Below are positions 52,055 through 64,000 of a DNA stretch of 64,000 nucleotides, piece by piece. The stretch covers positions 4,626-68,625 of the forward strand of contig CAVZQR010000008.1 of NCBI GenBank assembly GCA_963777445.1. Direction: 5' to 3'. Source of the DNA: Candidatus Dormiibacterota bacterium. Its GTDB lineage: Bacteria > Chloroflexota > Dormibacteria > Aeolococcales > Aeolococcaceae. How positions within the stretch are numbered: the stretch's first letter is position 1; every line of letters begins with the position of its first letter. The position numbers were made by a program, and so were the translations under genes. The notes beneath the pieces are model-generated. The model saw only the letters and a program-made list of their open reading frames with translations. It made no database searches and was not told where the DNA came from.

Positions 52055-54409
52055 GTGAGCACCGCGGCCCCTCGCGAGAGGCGGGCACTCCCGACCTACC
52101 TCAGAGCGACCGGGACGGCCCCGAGGGCGCTTTGGATCGTCTACGCAGTGATGGCCGGGTTGCTGGCCGCCTACATCACCTCGCTGATGGTGCGATCCCC
52201 CGGCGATACCTGGCCCTGGGTCGACGGCTGGGGGGTGGCCTTCTACGAGGTCATCCTCGGCCTGCTGCTCATCGCCCGCGCGTTCAGCGGCCTGCCGGGC
52301 CGGGCAGTTCCTCTCGCGCTGGGCAGTGGGGTGCTTGCCTGGGCGATGGGCGACGTGGTCCTCACCGCGGAGTCGTGGGGTGGAGCGACGGTTACCAACC
52401 CGTCGCTCGCGGACGCTTTCTACGTCTGCTTCTACCCGCTTGCCTACGCGGCGATCGTGCTCATGCTCCGCAAGGAGATCAAGCGACTGCTACCGGCCAC
52501 CTGGCTCGACGGAGCGATCGCCGGCCTGGGCGCTGCGGCCGTCTGCGCGGCCTTCGCCTTCCCTGCTGTTTTCAGGTCGCTCGGCGGCGACCCGTTCGGG
52601 GTGGCCGTCCATCTCGCCTACCCGATCGGCGACGTCCTGCTTCTCGCCCTGGTGGTCGGCGGCACCGCGATCCTGCCGGGGCGGCGCCTGCCCTGGCTGC
52701 TCTTCGCCACCGCCTGCGCGGTCAACGGGATCGGGGACACGTTCAACCTGTTTGGATCCACAGCACAAGTGGGGGTTGTCTTCAACGGCATCGCCTGGCC
52801 GATCGCGATCACCCTGATGTCGTTGTCCGTGTGGGTGCCCCCGGGGCGACGAGACCTGGCCGATGGCGCACAGCTCCCCGGCTTCCTGCTCCCTGGGGGA
52901 GGCGCCCTCGCGGGTCTCGTGATCCTCTTCCTGGGAGCGGTGCACCATGACGTGATCCAGGTTGCCGTGGCCCTTGCCACCGCCACCCTTGTGGTGGTCG
53001 GAGTGCGTCTGGCACTCTCTGTCCGCGGCTTGCGCGCCCTCACCGAGGAACGCCACCGCCAGGCCGTCACCGACGAGCTCACCGGACTGGGCAATCGCCG
53101 CCAGCTGACCACGCTGCTCGACGCCTACTTCGAGGACCTCGCCGACCCGTCGACGCCGCCTCGGGGCATGGCGTTCCTCTTCGTCGACCTGGACCATTTC
53201 AAGGAGATCAACAACTCGTTCGGGCACTCCGCGGGCGATGAGCTCCTCAGGCAGCTCGGACCTCGCCTCACCAGCTCACTGCGCGCGTCGGACGTGTTGG
53301 TCCGGATCGGCGGCGATGAGCTCGGTGCCGTGCTGATCGACAGCGATCGCTCGTACGCCACCGGCCTCGCCAGGCGGCTCACCGCACTCCTCGAGCAGCC
53401 CTTCATCCTCAACGGGGTGAGCGTCCGCATCAGCGCGAGCATCGGCATCGCCGGGGCGCCCACCGACGCCACCGACAGCGTTGGGCTCATGCGCTGCGCC
53501 GACGTTGCCATGTACCGCGCCAAGCTGACCCATCAGTCGTATGAGATGTACATGCCGGCGATCGACGACGGCGGCAGCCGGCTGGCGCGCGTCGAGGAGT
53601 TGCGCGCCGCTGTCGAGGATGAGCAGCTCGTCCTGCACTATCAACCCCAGGTCGACCTGCGCAACGGTGAGACCGTCGCCGCCGAGGCGTTGGTGCGTTG
53701 GCCTCACCCGCTCCTCGGCCTGATCCCGCCGCTCGAGTTCCTGCCACTTGCCGAGGAGGCCGGGCTGATGGGACCCCTCACCCGCCTCGTTCTCGACCAG
53801 GCGCTCGCCCAGTGCGCCGCATGGCGCGCCGCGGGCACGCGCATCGCCATGTCCGTCAACGTCTCCGCATCCAATCTCCTGGACCCGGGATTCATCGACG
53901 TCGTCCGGTCGGCGCTGCGCCGCCACCACGTCCCCGCGGCGGCCCTGATCCTGGAGATCACCGAGACGACCATCATCCGCGACTTCGCCGCGTGCCAGAG
54001 CGTCATCGAGGAGCTCCGCGGTCTCGGTCTCGGCGTGTCGATCGACGACTTCGGATCCGGGTTCACGTCCCTGGCGTACCTCGGGAGCCTGCCGATCACA
54101 GAGTTGAAGCTCGACCGCACTTTCATCACCGGACTGAGCGCGGGCGGACGCGAGCAGGACGTGAAGCTGGTGCGCGCCACGATCGAGCTCGGTCATGCGC
54201 TCGGACTGCTGGTTGTCGCGGAGGGGATCGAGACGCTCGCGACCCTCGAGCTGCTGGCGCTGCTGGGCTGCGATCGCGCCCAGGGCTACTTCACCGGCAG
54301 ACCCGTGCCCGCGCAGGACTTCGACACATCGACGACGCTTCCGACCCTGCGCGTGGCCACGGCGGAGCCCGTCGCGCCCTTTCCCAGATACCTTCGCACC
54401 GCCGTCTGA
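52055..54409 (+). CDS. membrane-anchored GGDEF-EAL signalling protein (c-di-GMP turnover)
   Basis: An N-terminal multi-TM sensor region is followed by a GGDEF domain with RASD and a GGDEL variant motif, then an EAL domain (EALVRW ... DDFGSGFTSL ... EGIET). The start is uncertain; candidates are the GTG near 52055 and the ATG near 52151. Confidence 0.8.
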   Translation: MSTAAPRERRALPTYLRATGTAPRALWIVYAVMAGLLAAYITSLMVRSPGDTWPWVDGWGVAFYEVILGLLLIARAFSGLPGRAVPLALGSGVLAWAMGDVVLTAESWGGATVTNPSLADAFYVCFYPLAYAAIVLMLRKEIKRLLPATWLDGAIAGLGAAAVCAAFAFPAVFRSLGGDPFGVAVHLAYPIGDVLLLALVVGGTAILPGRRLPWLLFATACAVNGIGDTFNLFGSTAQVGVVFNGIAWPIAITLMSLSVWVPPGRRDLADGAQLPGFLLPGGGALAGLVILFLGAVHHDVIQVAVALATATLVVVGVRLALSVRGLRALTEERHRQAVTDELTGLGNRRQLTTLLDAYFEDLADPSTPPRGMAFLFVDLDHFKEINNSFGHSAGDELLRQLGPRLTSSLRASDVLVRIGGDELGAVLIDSDRSYATGLARRLTALLEQPFILNGVSVRISASIGIAGAPTDATDSVGLMRCADVAMYRAKLTHQSYEMYMPAIDDGGSRLARVEELRAAVEDEQLVLHYQPQVDLRNGETVAAEALVRWPHPLLGLIPPLEFLPLAEEAGLMGPLTRLVLDQALAQCAAWRAAGTRIAMSVNVSASNLLDPGFIDVVRSALRRHHVPAAALILEITETTIIRDFAACQSVIEELRGLGLGVSIDDFGSGFTSLAYLGSLPITELKLDRTFITGLSAGGREQDVKLVRATIELGHALGLLVVAEGIETLATLELLALLGCDRAQGYFTGRPVPAQDFDTSTTLPTLRVATAEPVAPFPRYLRTAV

Positions 54410-54597
54410 CGACCCTCGCCGCTCGGCGGAGGCGTCTGTGCACTTCGACCACTGTAACTCGTGCGCCGCGTACAGACGAACCGCCTCGGATCTGTGCGCT
54501 GTGGCCGAAGAACCTCAGGCCCGCCTCTGACAGAGTTCCGTGCAAGGCGCGGATGGCTGCGCACGCACATCAGCAGTGTTAGAGGTGAGGTATCGCA

Positions 54598-56001
54598 ATG
54601 TTGTCGGCCCTGAACGAGGCTCCAAGCTGGCTGAACCAAGGCGACACCGCCTGGCAACTTACGTCGGCGACGCTCGTCGGGATCATGAGCATCCCCGGTC
54701 TGGCGATCCTCTATGCAGGGTTGATGAAGCGCAAATTCGCTGTCAACTCAGCGTTGATGGTCATCTACGCGTTCGCGATGACTCTCGTCATCTGGATGTT
54801 CTTCGCGTACGACATGTCCTTCGGGACCCCGCTGCACATCGGCGGCGCCGCGACGACATTCGTCGGGATACCCCACCCCGTCGCCGGCGCGACTGACCTC
54901 GAGCAGCAGGCGAGCATCCCGCTGCTGACCGGATTGATCCCGGCGCTGAGATTCCCGATGTCGTCGCTCGTCTACTTCCAGTTCGTGTTCGCGACGATCA
55001 CGGTGATCATCCTCGGCGGCGCGCTCCTCGGGCGAATCAGCTTCCGGGCATGGGCGCTCTTCGTCCCGCTGTGGATCACGTTGGTGTACTCGGTTGGTGC
55101 ATTCAGCCTCTGGGGCGGTGGCTGGCTCGGTTCCCTCGGCGCGGTCGACTACAGCGGTGGCTACGTCATCCACGTCGCCGCTGCAGTGTCGGCGTTCGTT
55201 GCCGCTGCGGTGATCGGCCCACGGATGCTCAAGGACCGGCAGAACAACACGCCGAGCAACATCATGATGGCGGTCGCCGGAGGCGGACTCCTCTGGCTCG
55301 GCTGGAGCGGTTTCAACGGCGGTGATCCGTACTTCGCCAACGCTGATGCATCGGCAGCCGTGCTCAACACGCATCTCTGCACGGCCACCGCGCTGCTGGT
55401 GTGGATGCTCATGGACATCTTCTTCCTGAAGAAGCCGACCATCATCGGCATGATCAGCGGCATGATCGCCGGCTTGGTGGCGATCACCCCTGGAGCCGGT
55501 TATGTCAATGCGTATGCGGCATTCGCGATCGGTGTCGGCGCCGGCGTCCTCCCCTGGCTCTCCATGAACTATCTCGGCAAGACCAAGCTCTTCACCGGGC
55601 GGGTCGATGACACGCTCGGCGTCTTCCACACGCACGGTGTTGCGGGAGCGTTCGGCGGGCTCATGACCGGTGTGCTCGCGTCACCGAACATGATCGTGTA
55701 CGTGGGGACGGCCGGGACCGCCTCGGTCGCCGTGACCGGTCTCGTCTACGGCAACGCGAAGCAGTTGCTCCTCCAGGCGATCGCGCTCGGTTTCATCATC
55801 GTCTACGACGCAGTGGCCACCTTCATCGTGATCAAGCTCGTCAGCTTCATCGTGCCGCTGCGCATGACCGACCAGGAGCTGGAGGTCGGCGACCTGCTGC
55901 TCCACGGAGAGGTGGCGATCGACATGGAGCCACCTGAGCCGGTCATGTCGCTCAACGGCCACCTGAGCCCGACGCCGGTGGAGGCCGGCTCACCGGCCTG
56001 A
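54598..56001 (+). CDS. amt: ammonium transporter (Amt family)
   Basis: The ORF is 467 aa with 11 TM helices and Amt signatures (DYSGGYVIH, GAFGG). A GAGGTGAGG sequence lies upstream of the ATG. Confidence 0.9.
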   Translation: MLSALNEAPSWLNQGDTAWQLTSATLVGIMSIPGLAILYAGLMKRKFAVNSALMVIYAFAMTLVIWMFFAYDMSFGTPLHIGGAATTFVGIPHPVAGATDLEQQASIPLLTGLIPALRFPMSSLVYFQFVFATITVIILGGALLGRISFRAWALFVPLWITLVYSVGAFSLWGGGWLGSLGAVDYSGGYVIHVAAAVSAFVAAAVIGPRMLKDRQNNTPSNIMMAVAGGGLLWLGWSGFNGGDPYFANADASAAVLNTHLCTATALLVWMLMDIFFLKKPTIIGMISGMIAGLVAITPGAGYVNAYAAFAIGVGAGVLPWLSMNYLGKTKLFTGRVDDTLGVFHTHGVAGAFGGLMTGVLASPNMIVYVGTAGTASVAVTGLVYGNAKQLLLQAIALGFIIVYDAVATFIVIKLVSFIVPLRMTDQELEVGDLLLHGEVAIDMEPPEPVMSLNGHLSPTPVEAGSPA

Positions 56002-56024
56002 GGCGAGCCGTCAGTTGAGAGTGG

Positions 56025-56888
56025 TCAACCCCGGAGACCGTCAAGCACCTGCAGGGCGGTCTCCGGGTTGACGAATGTGGCGGTTCCGACCTGAACCGCG
56101 CAGGCGCCAACGATCAGGAAGTCACGAGCTGACGCCGCGTCGAGGATCCCTCCCACACCGATCACCGGTATGTGCACGGCGTCGCAAACGGCGGCGACGG
56201 CTGCAAGCGCGAGCGGCTGTATGGCGGGGCCGCTGAGCCCCCCGGTGCCGAGAGGCAGGACGGATCGTCCGCTTGCACGGTGGATCTTCTTGCCGATGTA
56301 GGTGTTGACGGCTGACACGGCGTCGGCGCCGGCGTCCTCGACCGCGCGGGCCACCGCGCCGATGTCGGTGACGTTGGGGCTGAGTTTCACGATCACGCAA
56401 CGCTCGGTGACCGCGCGCACCGCGGCCACGAGCCGCGCGGCCAGGGCGGGGTCCCGGCCGAAGTCCAGGCCCTGGGCGATGTTCGGACACGAGATGTTGA
56501 GCTCGATGCCCGCGACCTCCACGACGGACTCGAGCACCGAGACGCAGTGCACATATTCGTCGACCGAGCCACCGGCGACGTTGACGATGACGCGAATCGC
56601 CCAATCGCTCCAGCGCGGCGCATACGCGGCTGCGACCGCATCGACTCCGGGATTCTGGAGACCGATGCTGTTCAGCATCCCGCCGCCCGTCTCCGCGATA
56701 CGCGGCGGCGGGTTCCCCTCACGCGGGCGCATGGTCGTGCCCTTGGTGTACAGCGCACCGAGGCGCTGGATGTCGATCAACTGCTCGAGTTCGAAGCCGT
56801 AGCCGGCGGTGCCGCTCGCCAGGCCGACCGCGTTCGGCAGCACCAGGCCGCGTCCGAGGTCGACGCCCTCGAATCCGTTCTCGGTCAC
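56025..56888 (-). CDS. pyrD: dihydroorotate dehydrogenase, class 1B catalytic subunit
   Basis: The ORF has the NAVGL, ELNISCPN and GVGGI motifs. A GTG start overlaps the pyrK stop in a GTGA arrangement. Confidence 0.85.
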   Translation of the reverse strand: MTENGFEGVDLGRGLVLPNAVGLASGTAGYGFELEQLIDIQRLGALYTKGTTMRPREGNPPPRIAETGGGMLNSIGLQNPGVDAVAAAYAPRWSDWAIRVIVNVAGGSVDEYVHCVSVLESVVEVAGIELNISCPNIAQGLDFGRDPALAARLVAAVRAVTERCVIVKLSPNVTDIGAVARAVEDAGADAVSAVNTYIGKKIHRASGRSVLPLGTGGLSGPAIQPLALAAVAAVCDAVHIPVIGVGGILDAASARDFLIVGACAVQVGTATFVNPETALQVLDGLRG

Positions 56889-57729
56889 GCGACGTCCGCC
56901 CCGGGAAGCGCGCGCAGCCCATCCCAGTCGACATCGCGCATCGGCATCACGGGACCGTCGGTGCAGCAGAGCCGCCAGATCGAGGTGCCATCCTCTGCGC
57001 GCACCGGTAGCGCGCATCCCAGACACGTGCCGAACCCGCATCCCATCGGGGCTTCCAGCGAGGCCTCGAGCGTGGGCGGGAGGTCGGCGCCCGACTCGAG
57101 CAGGGTGCTCATCACCGCGCCGAGCATCGCGTTGGGTCCACAGGCGTACAGCGCCGAGGGGTGCGAGCCCAACGCCTGATGGAGGAGATCGGTGACCGGG
57201 CCGTGGTGGCCGCGAGTGCCGTCATCCGTCGCCTCCGCGACGACGGGAACCGCCGGCCGGGCGAATCGTTCGGCCGGGTAGAGGCGGGTCGCGGTGCGCG
57301 CGCCGTTCAAGACAAGGATGTCGTCAACACCGCGGCGGCGCAGCTCGTTGATGAGCAGTGGAAAGGGTGCGCACCCGAGTCCACCGGAGACGCAGACCAC
57401 CGACCCGCTGTCGACGACACTGAAGCCGTGCCCGAGCGGGCCGAGCGTGTCGAGCGGATCACCAGGCTGCAGCTCCGAGAGCAGCCTCGTCCCCGCCCCG
57501 ACCGCCTCGAAGACGAAGCCGCAGTTGTCATCCTGGGTCCAGGCGACGCTGAACGGGCGCCTCAGCAGCGGCGTGGTGCTCCGGCCGCAGCGCAGCTGCG
57601 CGAATGATCCGGGCATCGCCGTGGCGGCGAGGTGGGGCAGCCGCGCGACCAGTTCGAGGAGACCGCCCCCCAGCCGCTCCACGATGAGCACCTCGCCGGT
57701 TTCGAGCGCGGCCCTGCTCAGATCCGCGG

Positions 57730-57733
<4 letters not shown>
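56885..57733 (-). CDS. pyrK: dihydroorotate dehydrogenase electron-transfer subunit
   Basis: The ORF has an FAD/NAD-binding ferredoxin-reductase fold (RPFSV) and a C-terminal 2Fe-2S cysteine cluster (CGFGTCLGC). A GTG start overlaps the carB stop. Confidence 0.8.
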
Positions 57734-60981
<3,248 letters not shown>

Positions 60982-61090
60982 ACACTTCGGTTTTCCCGCC
61001 GAGAGATCCGGCGTTCCCGCGCTTTCAGTGGAGGCGGCGCCGGCATCGTGAGCGCGCTGGTGTCATCGACGAGTTCACTCGCGACTGCTA

Positions 61091-61222
61091 GGACGGGAGG
61101 GGGGGACACATCGCCGGCGAGTTCGCGTAGCGGTTCGACCGAGCGCGATGCTAAGTCGTTGCGCGAGGGCGAACCGCGGAGCGCTGTCTGAGCAAGGCGG
61201 TGGTGTCCCCCCCTCCCGTCCC
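61091..61222. repeat. MITE/REP-like element, copy C (132 nt; perfect 19-bp inverted repeat ggacgggagggggggacac / gtgtccccccctcccgtcc)
   Basis: The core resembles copy B (…gttgcgcga…gggagcgg…ctgagca…). The element lies between the carA 3' end and the carB start inside the pyr operon. Confidence 0.65.
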
Positions 61223-61229
61223 ACCACGC

Positions 61230-62364
61230 ACGACCGCAGGAACTCGTCAAAAACCCCGCGCGATCCTGAGGCCCGGGCGCCCCCTCAGGGTGGTACTGCA
61301 CCGAAAACGCCGGCAACTCACGATGTCGCAATCCTTCAACCTGACCCGTCGTTGAGGTTGCGCTCACTGACGTACCAGCCGGAGTCGTCCGGCAGCGACG
61401 AGGCGTCGACCTGGAACTCGTGGTTCTGTGACGTCACGTACACCGTGCCGAGCTCTGAGTCGCGCACCGGGTGGTTGCCGCCGTGGTGACCGAAGCCAAG
61501 CCGCGACGTGGACGCGCCGGCGGCCTGGCCCAGGATCTGGTGGCCGAGGCAGATGCCGAGCAGTGGAACACGTCGGTCGAGCAGGTCGCGGCACAGCTGG
61601 ACCGCATGCGGCAGCCGCGATGGATCACCTGGCCCGTTGGAGAGGACGATCCCGTGTGGATCGTGTCGGAGCACGTCCTCGATGCGCGCGTCCTGGCGCA
61701 CCAGGATCACCTCCGCCCCGCGACTGCACAGCGCGCGGAGCTGGTTCAGCTTGACGCCGTAGTCGAGCACCACGACCCTCACGCCGCTCCAGGCGTTCTC
61801 GCTGCCCGAGAGCACAACCCCGCGATGCAGGGTCGGGTCGAGGGGCTCCTTGAACGCGCGCCACGGCTCCTCGATCGAGACCATGCCGACCAGGTCCTCG
61901 TCGCTGACGAACGGCGCCGACCGGGCCGCCTCCACCTGCTCGTCCGGCGTCATCGCCGAGCACGCGGCGATGACGCCGCGGAGGGTGCCGTGATCACGAA
62001 GGTGGCGCGTCAGTGCGCGCGTGTCGACACCCCGGAGTCCCGGGATGCCGTTGCGCTGCAACTCGGCCTCGAGAGTGCGCTCCCCGCGTGCGTGGCCGAT
62101 GTCCGCCGAGAGCTCGCGCACAACCAGGGCGCGGCACTGCACCCGAGCGGATTCAGCGGTGTCGTCACGGCAGCCATAGTTGCCGATGAGCGGATAGGTC
62201 ATCACCACGATCTGGCCGGCGTAGGAGGGGTCGGTGATCACCTCCTGGTACCCGGTCATGCAGGTGTTGAAGACAACTTCGCCGTTGTGCACGTGTTCCA
62301 GCGGTGCGCCGAAGAGGATCCCCTCGTACGTCGCACCGGATTCGAGGGCGAGTCGCCCGCGCAC
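61230..62364 (-). pseudogene. carA: carbamoyl-phosphate synthase small subunit (glutamine amidotransferase), 3' end broken by two frame shifts
   Basis: The main frame (61336..62628) stops after NLNDGSG. Deleting one nt near 61350 restores [31 protein letters not shown] second shift at a G4/T5 run near 61250 is needed to read the conserved FDEFLRS tail. A GTG start at 62364 lies 1 nt after the pyrC stop. Confidence 0.75.
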
Positions 62365-62365
62365 G

Positions 62366-64000
<1,635 letters not shown>

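Overview
This 64-kb window has about 70% GC and is densely packed with genes on both strands, typical of a high-GC Gram-positive (Actinobacteria-like) or Chloroflexi-like chromosome. No prophage, integrase, transposase or CRISPR array is visible. About 60 protein genes can be supported, and most are housekeeping, metabolic or cell-envelope functions. The main recognisable blocks are listed first, then five unusual observations follow.

Recognisable gene blocks:
- Energy and transport: H+-translocating pyrophosphatase, a VIT-family iron/manganese transporter, an ammonium transporter, and electron-transfer flavoprotein EtfAB.
- Lipid-related metabolism: thiolase, a hotdog-hotdog-acyl-CoA dehydrogenase operon, and PlsC.
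- Nitrogen and nucleoside metabolism: glutamate dehydrogenase, and the adenine phosphoribosyltransferase / S-adenosylhomocysteine hydrolase pair.
- Regulation: cold-shock protein, a GAF-sensor hybrid histidine kinase with an OmpR-type response regulator, and a membrane GGDEF-EAL protein.
- Pyrimidine operon on the minus strand: pyrR-pyrC-carA-carB-pyrK-pyrD.
- Cell-envelope glycan block: rmlB and rmlC, three GT2 genes, one GT4 gene, a processive QxxRW synthase, and a translationally coupled operon of flippase, Gfo/Idh/MocA oxidoreductase, polyprenyl-phosphate GT2 and DegT aminotransferase.
- One tRNA-Lys(UUU).

Unusual observations:
1. A family of about 120-130-nt elements with perfect 19-23-bp G-rich terminal inverted repeats occurs in three copies (MITE/REP-like). 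Two lie in 3'-end intergenic positions and one lies between carA and carB.
2. A tandem pair of 17-nt palindromes sits upstream of a membrane-protein/HTH-regulator operon and looks like an operator.
3. At least six frame breaks (histidine kinase, M16 peptidase, carA twice, and a Lys/Ala/Pro-tailed protein twice) fall at or within a few bases of C/G homopolymer runs; for three of them (histidine kinase, the second tailed-protein break, the second carA break) a single run-length change restores the frame. This points to homopolymer-length errors in the assembly rather than genuine pseudogenes.
4. A 592-aa protein with a C-terminal nucleoside-phosphorylase/MTA-nucleosidase-like fold and an unrecognised N-terminal domain of about 370 aa lies divergent from a PfkB kinase.
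5. An about 600-bp decayed stretch follows a glycosyltransferase remnant.
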